From positions 1 to 26,067 of the forward strand of contig QKHD01000365.1 of the NCBI GenBank assembly GCA_003250175.1: a stretch of 26,067 nucleotides of DNA. Reading direction: 5' to 3'. The position numbers and the translations under genes are program-made. This document shows, piece after piece, positions 7,836 to 16,242 of the stretch. The stretch comes from Helicobacteraceae bacterium. GTDB taxonomy: Bacteria; Campylobacterota; Campylobacteria; Campylobacterales; SZUA-545. How positions within the stretch are numbered: the stretch's first letter is position 1; every line of letters starts with the position of its first letter. The notes below the pieces were generated by a model. That model was not told the DNA's origin. It ran no database searches and saw only the letters and a list, made by a program, of their open reading frames with translations.

Positions 7836-9053
7836 TCATACCGGTTTGGTAAAGATAATCGCCCCGTTGGTGCCGCCGAATCCGTAGTTGGTGCTCATGA
7901 CGGTATTGAGCGGCTGTTTTCTTGCCACATTGGGGACGGTGTCCAGGTCGCACGCTTCATCCGGGGTGACCTGATTCAACGTTGGCGGCATGATACCGTG
8001 GTGCAGGGCCAGAACGGAAATAGCCGCCTCCATCGCCCCCGCCGCACCCAGGCAGTGGCCGATGGCCCCCTTGGTGGAGCTGACGGGTGGGACGGCTTCT
8101 CCGAAGACCGTCTTAAACGCCATGGTTTCGTAGAGGTCGTTGTAGGGCGTGCTGGTGCCGTGGGCGTTGACGTAATCAATGGGAATTCCTCCGGCCATAC
8201 GAAGGGCCGCCTTCATGGCCCGCACCGCCCCTTCGCCCCCTTCGGCGGGGGTGGTGATGTGGCTGGCGTCCGCACTCTCCCCGAATCCCGCGATCTCGGC
8301 ATAGATCGTGGCACCCCGTGCCAGGGCGTGCTCTTTTTCCTCCAGGATCAAGGCCGCCGCTCCTTCGCCCATGACGAAGCCGTCGCGCTCCTTGTCAAAG
8401 GGACGGGAGGCGGTTTTTGGGTCGTCATTTCGTGTCGAGAGGGTCTTCATAACGCTAAAGCCGCGGATACCGAGCGGGCAGATACAGCTCTCCGCCCCCA
8501 GGGCGATCATCACATCGGCCCCGTCCGTCATGATCGTCTTGGCCGCTTCGGTGATGGCGTGGAGCCCGGCGGTGCAGGCGGTGGTGCTGGAGAGGTTGGG
8601 GCCCTTGAGGCCGTGGTAAATGGAGACGTAGCCGCTGAGCATGTTGGTCAGCGAAGAGGGGATGAAAAAGGGGCTGATCCCTTTAGCTCCCCGTTCGGAA
8701 TTTTTCACCGCGTTGGCGTCGATGACCTCCAGGCCGCCGATGCCCGTGGCACCGCTGACGCCGAAGCGCTCCTTGTCCATCTCCCCAAAGGCCGCATCTT
8801 CCAGCGCTTCCTTCGCTGCATGCAGACCCAGCTGGATAAAACGCCCCGCCTTTTTAATCTCCTTTTTGTCCATGACGCTCTCCGGATCGAAGCCCTTGAC
8901 TTCTGCTGCGATCTGCACGCTATCTCCGGAGGCGTCATAACTTTGGATCATATCGACCCCGCAGATGCCCTGGCATAGAGCCTCGAAGGCCTCCGGAGCG
9001 GAGTGGCCTACGGCATTGATCATGCCGATGCCCGTAATTACTACCTGTCTCAT
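7836..9053 (-). CDS. fabF: 3-oxoacyl-ACP synthase II, stand-alone copy
   Basis: RQVVITGIG, catalytic Cys (TACTAG), His (NAHGTST), His (KGAIGHCLGAAG), SRPFDKERDGFVMGEG. AAAGGA SD. Confidence 0.9.
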   Translation of the reverse strand: MRQVVITGIGMINAVGHSAPEAFEALCQGICGVDMIQSYDASGDSVQIAAEVKGFDPESVMDKKEIKKAGRFIQLGLHAAKEALEDAAFGEMDKERFGVSGATGIGGLEVIDANAVKNSERGAKGISPFFIPSSLTNMLSGYVSIYHGLKGPNLSSTTACTAGLHAITEAAKTIMTDGADVMIALGAESCICPLGIRGFSVMKTLSTRNDDPKTASRPFDKERDGFVMGEGAAALILEEKEHALARGATIYAEIAGFGESADASHITTPAEGGEGAVRAMKAALRMAGGIPIDYVNAHGTSTPYNDLYETMAFKTVFGEAVPPVSSTKGAIGHCLGAAGAMEAAISVLALHHGIMPPTLNQVTPDEACDLDTVPNVARKQPLNTVMSTNYGFGGTNGAIIFTKPV

Positions 9054-9070
9054 ATGCTATCCTTTATTAG

Positions 9071-9086
9071 TAGACCAGTCGGTTTA
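9071..9086. promoter_or_regulatory. TetR-type operator 2 (TAGACCAGTCGGTTTA)
   Basis: One mismatch from the TAGACC-N4-GGTCTA palindrome, a few nt upstream of the fabF SD. Confidence 0.7.
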
Positions 9087-9116
9087 GTGAAAGACTACGA
9101 TAATTTTGCTTAAGTC

Positions 9117-9132
9117 TAGACCAATCGGTCTA
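9117..9132. promoter_or_regulatory. TetR-type operator 1 (TAGACCAATCGGTCTA)
   Basis: Perfect TAGACC-N4-GGTCTA palindrome, the form described for the NemR box. Abuts the TetR stop codon. Confidence 0.75.
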
Positions 9133-9133
9133 A

Positions 9134-9706
9134 CTACTTTTGGAAGCTGGCGAGGTAGCGGTCGAGGTGAGGTTTGAGGCTGAGGAAATCCTCTTTGGAG
9201 CTGAGGGTTGGCGGGATGGCCAGATAGCTCCAGATGGTGAGGAAGAGAAATCTCCCCACCCCCTCCGGATTGTCGGTGCGGAGTTCGCCCTTTTCGTCGG
9301 CCCGGCGGACGGCGGCGGTGACTTTTTCGATTAAGGATTCGTAGGTATCGCTGAGGAGTTTGGAAAAATCCTCATCCAGCGGGGCCATCTCCTGGATGAG
9401 CTTATTGAGCGGGCAGCCATAGGTAATGAGGCGCTCGGAGGATGCTATGATATCGATGGCATGATGTAGAGACGTTTGCAGCGGTTGGTCTGATTCCAAA
9501 GAGCTGAACAGCTCCAGCATCCCCGGAGCGATGCGCTCTTCGATGACCGCCAGGGCCAGCTCTTTTTTGGATTTAAAGTGGTGATAGAGCGAGCCTTTGG
9601 GCACCCCGGCTTCGGCCAGAATTTTGGAAAGCCCCGCACCCTGAAACCCGTAGGTGTAGATCTCCTTGGCGGCGGAAGCGAGCAGTTTTTCCCGTGAGGT
9701 GGCCAT
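9134..9706 (-). CDS. TetR/AcrR-family regulator (NemR/LmrA-like)
   Basis: HTH: GFQGAGLSKILAEAGVPKGSLYHHFKSKKEL. Single Cys in YGCPL. AGGAG SD. Confidence 0.9.
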   Translation of the reverse strand: MATSREKLLASAAKEIYTYGFQGAGLSKILAEAGVPKGSLYHHFKSKKELALAVIEERIAPGMLELFSSLESDQPLQTSLHHAIDIIASSERLITYGCPLNKLIQEMAPLDEDFSKLLSDTYESLIEKVTAAVRRADEKGELRTDNPEGVGRFLFLTIWSYLAIPPTLSSKEDFLSLKPHLDRYLASFQK

Positions 9707-9729
9707 GTGACTCCTAGTAATCTTTGGGG

Positions 9730-10122
9730 CTATTGTAGTCTATCGGCGGTTAGAATGCACCGGACTTCGTCCAAACTTTTGCACAGCCTGACGTTAAACA
9801 GCTTATTTAATGCTTCGGCCTGCGCCCGGATCTCATCTTGCAACGGACTATCCGGAGCGATAATAAAAAAGAGGTTTTTGCAGTGGGTGGAAAGCGTCTC
9901 CGGAATGAAGGTCTCCAAGAGCCATTGCGTATCTTCCGGTGTGCTTTCAAACCCGTTGGTCGTGTCGGTAATCCAGTTTTTGCAGCAGGTTTCTTTGAGG
10001 AGCTTCAGGCCGTGGCGCAGAGGATCGCGGTAGTCGTCGCCTTGGCAGAAAGCTTTCCAGGTGCAGAGGACGGCATCCAGTTCTTTGTGAAATTCAACAT
10101 GGCAATATGGACTGGTAAACAT
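9730..10122 (-). CDS. Hypothetical 130-aa Cys-rich protein, possibly SpoIIAA/STAS-SEC14-like
   Basis: Start moved to ATG 10122 (AAAGGA SD), which removes the overlap with recG. Pattern TWKAF...GL.LL...WITDT..FE..PED.QWL. 8 Cys. Fold call is tentative. Confidence 0.65.
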   Translation of the reverse strand: MFTSPYCHVEFHKELDAVLCTWKAFCQGDDYRDPLRHGLKLLKETCCKNWITDTTNGFESTPEDTQWLLETFIPETLSTHCKNLFFIIAPDSPLQDEIRAQAEALNKLFNVRLCKSLDEVRCILTADRLQ

Positions 10123-10132
10123 TTGGGTTCCT

Positions 10133-11959
10133 TTAGTATCCGGATAGAAGCCTCTTCGCCTCCTCCAAAATCTCCCCATCCTCTCGCATATCAAAATACT
10201 CAAAATGTTCTCCGCTTTGGGCGATGCCGTCGATCAGGTCTCCGGATTTTCTGAATTTGAGGTCCAGTTCCGCGACCTCGAAGCCGTTGGTCGTTTTCAT
10301 GAACTCGTTGAGCCGTTCGCTATTTTGTAGGTTGGTATATAAGTAGCAGTAGCCCTTGAGGCCCGTCCGGCTAACCCGGCCTTTGAGCTGGTGGAGGGTG
10401 GCGAGGCCCAGGCGTTCCGCTCCGGAGATGACGACGGTGGTGAGGCGCGGCAGGCTGATGCCGACCTCGACGACGGTGGTGGCCAGCAGGATGTTGCCCT
10501 TTTCTCTAAACTCCACCAGTACCTTTTCCTTGTCTTTGTCCTTGCCGTGAGTAGAGTAGACCCCTTCAAAATTTTTCTCCCAGAAGCTTCTGGCTTCGTC
10601 GATGCTCTGGTACTCGATATTTTCGCTGGCCTCCACCAGCGGGTAGATGACCAGCACCTGATGATTTTGGGCGATCTCGCTCCGGATGTGATCCAGCAGG
10701 GCTTTAAAGTCGGGCTTGCCGATGACGGCGGTGTCGATCGTCTTGGTAAAGGGAATCTGCCGGATAAAGGTGACGTCGATGAGCGTGCTCTCCACCATCG
10801 CCTGGGTGCGTGGGATGGGCGTGGCGGAAAACTGGAAGATGTGGGGGAGGGCCTTGTTGCCCTCCTGGCGGGTCATGAGGGAAAGCTCGTGGCGCTGCTT
10901 GGTGCCGAAGCGGTGCTGTTCGTCGATCATCACCACCGCCACCTCCGGAAGCTCCGTGTGCAGCAGGGCGTGGGTGCCGATGATGAGATCAGACGCCGCC
11001 AGTTCCTCTTTTTTGAGGTTGGATTTCTGGGTGTGGAGGGCAATGCGCATGGTCTCCGGTAGGTGCTTGTTAGCCTCTTCGAAGAGCTGGTTGGCGAGGA
11101 TGGTGGTGGGGGCCATGATGATCGCCTTGTTGGGGTGGGCCATGTAGGCCGCGGCCAGCATCACCATCGTCTTGCCGCAGCCCACGTCGCCGATGATGAT
11201 ACGGCGCCCCTGCTTGGTGCTTTGCATGTCGGTCTGGAGCTGGCGGATGGCGTGCTGCTGGTCGTCCGTGAGGGTGAAGGGGAGGTTTTGGATAAACCCC
11301 TCCGGATCTCGCGCCTCGGAAAAACGGGCGGGGTGCTCGCTCTTTTTCCCCTTCATCCGTTTGAGGTAGCGGTAGATCTCCGTAAACTTCACCGCACGCA
11401 GCGCCTCCGGAGCGAGGGCGCCGTTTTTCCGGAGGCGGTCCAGGTTCTCTTCCGTGGGGTTGTGCAGGTCAAAAAGGGTCTGGGCGTAGCGGGCGGGGAG
11501 GCCTTCGGCGGCCAGCGCCTCCGGAGTGAGGTAGCGCTGCATCAGCGCCACGACGCTGCGGTTTTGCAGCGGGGTTTTATACGACGGCACGATGCCGCCG
11601 ACCTGGGTGATGATCTTGGGCTGGACGATCTGAATCTGGGCACCAAACAGGCTGATCTTGCCCCGCAGAAAGTAGCGGCCGTTTTGGGCAAACATGCTGC
11701 GGTGAAAGCGCTTGGGGTTGAAAAAAACAGCGGTCAGAATGTCATCGGTGTTGTGGGCGTGGAGGGTGACCTTGAGCTGCTTGGGGGTAAAGGCGATCTG
11801 GGTGACGGTGGCGTCGACGGTGTTTTCCTCATGCATCCGGAGGTGGTCTAGCAGGCGGTTGTCGTCGTAGTGGTGGGGCAGAATCAGGGCCAGCCCCAGA
11901 AGGTCGCCCACGTGGAGTTTGGCGAGCTTCTCCCTCTCTTTGGGGTCGTCGGTGAACAT
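10133..11959 (-). CDS. recG: ATP-dependent DNA helicase RecG
   Basis: GDVGCGKT, MAPTTILANQ, DEQHRFG, SATPIPRT, ATTVVEVGI, LHQLKGRVSR, DLKFRKSGD. Confidence 0.95.
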   Translation of the reverse strand: MFTDDPKEREKLAKLHVGDLLGLALILPHHYDDNRLLDHLRMHEENTVDATVTQIAFTPKQLKVTLHAHNTDDILTAVFFNPKRFHRSMFAQNGRYFLRGKISLFGAQIQIVQPKIITQVGGIVPSYKTPLQNRSVVALMQRYLTPEALAAEGLPARYAQTLFDLHNPTEENLDRLRKNGALAPEALRAVKFTEIYRYLKRMKGKKSEHPARFSEARDPEGFIQNLPFTLTDDQQHAIRQLQTDMQSTKQGRRIIIGDVGCGKTMVMLAAAYMAHPNKAIIMAPTTILANQLFEEANKHLPETMRIALHTQKSNLKKEELAASDLIIGTHALLHTELPEVAVVMIDEQHRFGTKQRHELSLMTRQEGNKALPHIFQFSATPIPRTQAMVESTLIDVTFIRQIPFTKTIDTAVIGKPDFKALLDHIRSEIAQNHQVLVIYPLVEASENIEYQSIDEARSFWEKNFEGVYSTHGKDKDKEKVLVEFREKGNILLATTVVEVGISLPRLTTVVISGAERLGLATLHQLKGRVSRTGLKGYCYLYTNLQNSERLNEFMKTTNGFEVAELDLKFRKSGDLIDGIAQSGEHFEYFDMREDGEILEEAKRLLSGY

Positions 11960-11962
11960 GGC

Positions 11963-13567
11963 CTACTCGAAGATGGCGCGCATCTGGCGGATCGTATCGC
12001 CGCGGGCGCGGAGCGTCCGAAGCATGGCGGCGTCATCCACATGGGGGAAGAAGAGGGCGCGGATAAAGTCGGGGTCGAGAATTTTGGCCTCGTTTTTATC
12101 GATGATCAGCAACACCGGCAGAGCCAGGGCGGCGGCGGGGTCGGCCTCGTAAATCCAGTTTTCATATTGGGGCGGCATGCTCAGACCAAAGAGCAGGGTG
12201 CCGGTGTCGAGCTTGAGGTCAAAGACGATGCGCTGGCTGGCATTGCCCAGCAGTTTGGTGAGCAGCTCTTTAAAATTCCCCTTGGCCACGGTGATCATCT
12301 GCCCGTAAGCCGGCGTGATCGTGGCGAGGGTCTCTTTGGAAAGGGCGATTCCGGAGGCGGGCTGCATCCGGGGGAAGGCCCGCTTGAGACGCACCAGATA
12401 GTTGCCCGCGGTGCGGTGCAGGTAGGCGTCACGGCGCACGGCGCGCTGGTAGTATTCGGGGTTAAGGAAGGTCGCCTTTGAGGCGGCTTCGTCGATCATC
12501 ACCCGCAGCACGCCGGCAAAGGCGTGGTCGAGTTTTCCGGAGATGCGGATCATCAGATCGTCCGTATAGACCAGCACCTTCAGCCCTGCGTCTTCAGCGA
12601 TGTAGTAGTCGCCGATCACCCGCAGACCCTGGGCTTCAAGCCCGCGGCGTACGGTGCGTTCCGTGGCGTTTTCCAGGGTGAAAAAGGCGTTGATTTCGTC
12701 CTTTTTCAGTTTGGGCGCTGGGGTCGGGCGGCGCAGAGTATGGGGGCGCAGGGCGACGCGGCGGTCGGTTTCGATCCCTTCAAAAAGCGCTTCGAGCTTG
12801 GCGTCATACGGCCCCAGCACCGGAGTCAGGTCGGCATCCTCCACGGCGGCAAAGCCCAGGTGCAAGGGGGCGTTTTTCTTGGTGCGGTAGAGGTAGAGCG
12901 TCGTGGGGGCGAGGGGAGCGAGGTGCGGGTCCATGGCGTAGAGGGCCTGGAGTTTAGCGGGGTCGAGCAGGGTGTAGAGCGCGGCATGGGCGACCCCCTT
13001 GATCCGGACGGGGCGGTAGTCGGTCAGGATGATCCCGGCCTCTTGCAGGCGGACGCGAAGGGCGGCGTCGATGTCGTCCGGATCGGTGCCCTTGGGGAGG
13101 GTGATCGTGGTCTCCTTCAGGGTTTGGGCGGGGCCGAATTCGGGCAGGTTGTAGGGGTCGCCGGTGGCCTGCTCCAGATCATTCCGGAGGGTATCGGCGC
13201 GGTTGGTTCCCAGCCAGGCCCCGCCGTCGCCAAAGCCGATGGCGGCCAGGCAGGTGGGAAGAAGGGCGAGATTTTTCGGGTCGTCCGCCAGCAGCTTGGC
13301 ATGTTCTTCGGAAACGAATCGGCTTTCGAGATAGAGCTGTTTGGGGGCGTTGTGGCCTAGGAGCGGAGCGTAGTTGTGGGGCGTGCTGTGGGTGGATTGG
13401 GCAACCAATTGTTTGAGCTCCGGATCGCCAATCTGCGCGGCGATACCGTGGGAGCTGGCGGCCAGGGGGAGCTCCACCGACGGTGCGGCGGCCGAGGAAC
13501 AGGCGGTGAGAATCAGGGTCGCGCCGAAAAGCAGCGCCGCCCTTTGCCAGTCTGGTCGAGCTCCCAC
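11963..13567 (-). CDS. Hypothetical 534-aa lipoprotein with degenerate DUF302-like repeats
   Basis: Lipobox LTAC (Cys23). Repeated 'helix-DP-x(3-5)-L-x-P-hydrophobic strand' segments (LLADDPKNLALLPTC, LYAMDPHLAPLAPTTLYLY, IYEADPAAALALPVLLII). Domain call is from recall only. Confidence 0.6.
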   Translation of the reverse strand: MGARPDWQRAALLFGATLILTACSSAAAPSVELPLAASSHGIAAQIGDPELKQLVAQSTHSTPHNYAPLLGHNAPKQLYLESRFVSEEHAKLLADDPKNLALLPTCLAAIGFGDGGAWLGTNRADTLRNDLEQATGDPYNLPEFGPAQTLKETTITLPKGTDPDDIDAALRVRLQEAGIILTDYRPVRIKGVAHAALYTLLDPAKLQALYAMDPHLAPLAPTTLYLYRTKKNAPLHLGFAAVEDADLTPVLGPYDAKLEALFEGIETDRRVALRPHTLRRPTPAPKLKKDEINAFFTLENATERTVRRGLEAQGLRVIGDYYIAEDAGLKVLVYTDDLMIRISGKLDHAFAGVLRVMIDEAASKATFLNPEYYQRAVRRDAYLHRTAGNYLVRLKRAFPRMQPASGIALSKETLATITPAYGQMITVAKGNFKELLTKLLGNASQRIVFDLKLDTGTLLFGLSMPPQYENWIYEADPAAALALPVLLIIDKNEAKILDPDFIRALFFPHVDDAAMLRTLRARGDTIRQMRAIFE

Positions 13568-13576
13568 GGTTCAGGC

Positions 13577-14869
13577 CTACTTGGTCACGATGGAGAAGGT
13601 CAGGTTGGCGATCTCCGGATGGATCAGGATGTACTGGTTGAGTTCCTTCAGGGTCATGGCCTCGATCCGGATCAGGTCATCCTGGCTGTGGCCCGGTTTT
13701 TTACCTTCGTAAAACTCGTTGAAGGTGCGGCTCAGACGCTGGGAGAGGGTCTCGGTCCGGAGCGGTTCGCTGCCGAGGAGAAATTTCTTCGCACTATCGA
13801 GCTCTTTTTGGGTCGCCCCTTTTTTAATAAACTCGTTGATCACGTCCCGAACCACCTTGACTGCTTCGTCCTGGCTTTCGAGCTTGGTCTGCAGGTAGCC
13901 GCTGAAGTAGCTGTGGGAGACCGCCATGTTGATGCGGGCATAGGCGGAATAGGCCAGACCGCGTTTGACCCGCACCTCTTCCATCAGGCGGGAACCAAAG
14001 CCGCTGCTGCCCAGGATAAAGGCGGCCACTTTAGCCTTGAAGGCATCTTCGTCATTGGTCTTGGCCAGGAAGGGGGCGCCGAAATAGACATAGGCCTGTT
14101 CCGTGGCCGGTTTTTTGGTAATGAGGTCTTTGGACGGCGTAGCGTGGTAGAAAGGCACGTCGTGTTCGGTGCCCTTGTCCAGGTGTTTGAGGATCGCTGT
14201 GGCGATCTCTTTGGCCTTGGCTTCGCTCAGGTCGCCGCCGATGACGACGATGGCGTTGTCCAGATTGACGTAGCTTTTAAGAAACTGCTTCACATCGTCG
14301 GTGTTGATCTTGATGATGCTCTCCTCTTCGCCGCTGGTGGGGTCGGCGATGGGGGTTTTGGCAAAGATCGCTTTGTAGAGGTTGCGGGAGGCGATGTAGT
14401 CGTAGTCGGTCTCCTTGCGTTTGAGGGAGCCGAGCAGTTTGGTTTTTACCTTGCCCACGCTCTCGTCGGTCAGGTTGGGATCGTCCAGCAGGTTTTCCAG
14501 CAGGCTGACTCCTGCGTCGAACTCCTCTTTGAGGGAGTCCAGGCTTAAAACGAAGGTTTCGCGCCCGTGGGTGATGCGCAGGTCGATCGCCTTGGATTCG
14601 AGGGCTTCGGCGAAGGCGGTGGCGCCCATCTTTTTGGTTCCTTCGTTCATCACCATGGAGGCGATACGTGCCAGACCCGGCTTGTCGCCGTCCTGGATGG
14701 AGCCGGCGCCCTTGAAAACAACCTGCAACGAGATAATGGGAAGCTGCTTGCTCTCCTCGTAGATAAAGGGAACCTGGGTTCCTTTAACGGTCACCGTGTC
14801 GATGTGTGCGGCCATGAGTGTTCCTTGTAAGAGTGTCAAAAAGATCAAAAGTCTGGTGAAATAACGCAT
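13577..14869 (-). CDS. M16-family (pitrilysin-like) exported protein, probably non-catalytic
   Basis: Signal peptide, GLARIASMVMNEGT, GSSGFGSRLMEEVRVKRGLAYS. No HxxEH zinc motif. TAATG coupling to mqnC. Confidence 0.9.
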   Translation of the reverse strand: MRYFTRLLIFLTLLQGTLMAAHIDTVTVKGTQVPFIYEESKQLPIISLQVVFKGAGSIQDGDKPGLARIASMVMNEGTKKMGATAFAEALESKAIDLRITHGRETFVLSLDSLKEEFDAGVSLLENLLDDPNLTDESVGKVKTKLLGSLKRKETDYDYIASRNLYKAIFAKTPIADPTSGEEESIIKINTDDVKQFLKSYVNLDNAIVVIGGDLSEAKAKEIATAILKHLDKGTEHDVPFYHATPSKDLITKKPATEQAYVYFGAPFLAKTNDEDAFKAKVAAFILGSSGFGSRLMEEVRVKRGLAYSAYARINMAVSHSYFSGYLQTKLESQDEAVKVVRDVINEFIKKGATQKELDSAKKFLLGSEPLRTETLSQRLSRTFNEFYEGKKPGHSQDDLIRIEAMTLKELNQYILIHPEIANLTFSIVTK

Positions 14870-15921
14870 TAGTAAAACTCCAGATAGGTGTACGCGGTGT
14901 CGCGTTTGGCGGGTTTGTCGCCGACGGCGCGGATAAGGTGGATCATCTCGTCCTGCGCCATCTGGTTGGTGGCGCCTGCGGCGGCCACGACGTTTTCTTC
15001 CATCATGGTGCTGCCCAGGTCATTGGCGCCGAAGTGCAGGGCCATCTGACCGATGTAGCTGCCCTGGGTCACCCAGGAGCTCTGGATATTGGGGAAGTTA
15101 TCCAGATAGATCCGTGCCACGGCCAGCAGGCGCAGGTAGCGGTTGGAGCTCTGTTTCTCGATCTCCGGATGCTCCTTGATCAGCTGCGTGTTGGCGGACT
15201 GGAAGCTCCACATGATAAAGGCGCGGAAACCGCCGGTGATGTCCTGCAGCTCGCGGATGCGGCGCCAGTGTTCGATGATCTCTTCATCGGTCTCCGTCAT
15301 GCCGAACATCATGGTGGCGGTGGTTTTCATCCCCAGTTCGTGGGCGGTGCGGTGCACTTCGATCCAGCGTTCGTTGGTGATCTTGCGGGGGCTGACCTCT
15401 TCGCGTACCCGCTCGTTGAGAATCTCCGCACCCGCACCCGGAATGCTGAAAAGCCCCTTGGCGTGGAGGCGTTCGAGCACTTCGCGGATGGTGATTTTGG
15501 AGCGGTGGGCGATGTAGTCGATCTCGATGGCGGAGAAGCCGTGAATATCGATCTGGGGGAATTTCGTGTGGATATGCGCCACCAGATCCTCGTAGTATTC
15601 GATCCCCAGCTTGGGGTGAACCCCGCCTTGGAAGAGAATCTGGGTGCCGCCGATCTCGAGCAGCTCTTCGATCTTGCGGTCGATTTCGTCGTAGCTGAGG
15701 ATGTAGGCGTCCTCGTCCTTTTCATGCCGGTAGAAGGCGCAGAATTTGCAGTCTACCCAGCAGATATTCGTATAGTTGATGTTGCGGTCGACAACGAAGG
15801 AGGTGATGCGCTCCGGATGCAGGGCCTGTTTGACAGCCGTGGCGCGGATACCCAGTTCCTTCAGGTCGCCGTTTTGGATCAGGTCCAGTGCTTCCTGGTC
15901 GGTTATGCGTTGAATAATCAT
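14869..15921 (-). CDS. mqnC: Dehypoxanthine futalosine cyclase (radical SAM, menaquinone futalosine pathway)
   Basis: RNINYTNICWVDCKFCAFYR (CxxxCxxC), QILFQGG.HP, SIPGAGAEIL, GANDLGSTMMEENVV. Start set at ATG 15921 because the TTG at 15948 overlaps the -10 box. Confidence 0.92.
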   Translation of the reverse strand: MIIQRITDQEALDLIQNGDLKELGIRATAVKQALHPERITSFVVDRNINYTNICWVDCKFCAFYRHEKDEDAYILSYDEIDRKIEELLEIGGTQILFQGGVHPKLGIEYYEDLVAHIHTKFPQIDIHGFSAIEIDYIAHRSKITIREVLERLHAKGLFSIPGAGAEILNERVREEVSPRKITNERWIEVHRTAHELGMKTTATMMFGMTETDEEIIEHWRRIRELQDITGGFRAFIMWSFQSANTQLIKEHPEIEKQSSNRYLRLLAVARIYLDNFPNIQSSWVTQGSYIGQMALHFGANDLGSTMMEENVVAAAGATNQMAQDEMIHLIRAVGDKPAKRDTAYTYLEFY

Positions 15922-15947
15922 CCCAATATACTTTAATTTTTTGGGCA

Positions 15948-15953
15948 ATTATA
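15948..15953 (-). promoter_or_regulatory. -10 box (TATAAT) for the mqnC operon
   Basis: Plus-strand ATTATA reads TATAAT on minus, 27 nt upstream of the ATG. Confidence 0.55.
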
Positions 15954-16002
15954 CCGTCCTGAGGGCAAATTCTGCTTAATGGATTTTCGGGGCGGTAAAG
16001 CT

Positions 16003-16242
16003 TCAGACCGCTTTGAGTTCCTTGATACGTTGTACCAGATTGGAGACGGTTCGCACCGCGTCGCCGATCTTGGCTACCACACCTTCCACATCATCCGTTT
16101 TCAGCTGTTCTTTCAGCCGTCGGTACCGCAGCCCGTCACAAATCAGTTCGTATCGTTCCATATCGTTCTTCTTCATGTGGGAAATCGTATTCATCGATTT
16201 CAGGCCGAGGGTGTCCATGATTTCCTGGTGTGATATTTTCAT
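16003..16242 (-). CDS. Hypothetical 79-aa protein, N-terminal HTH-like plus C-terminal coiled coil
   Basis: MKISHQEIMDTLGLKSMNTISHMKKNDMERYELICDGL... with a GGGAG SD upstream of ATG 16242. Confidence 0.65.
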   Translation of the reverse strand: MKISHQEIMDTLGLKSMNTISHMKKNDMERYELICDGLRYRRLKEQLKTDDVEGVVAKIGDAVRTVSNLVQRIKELKAV

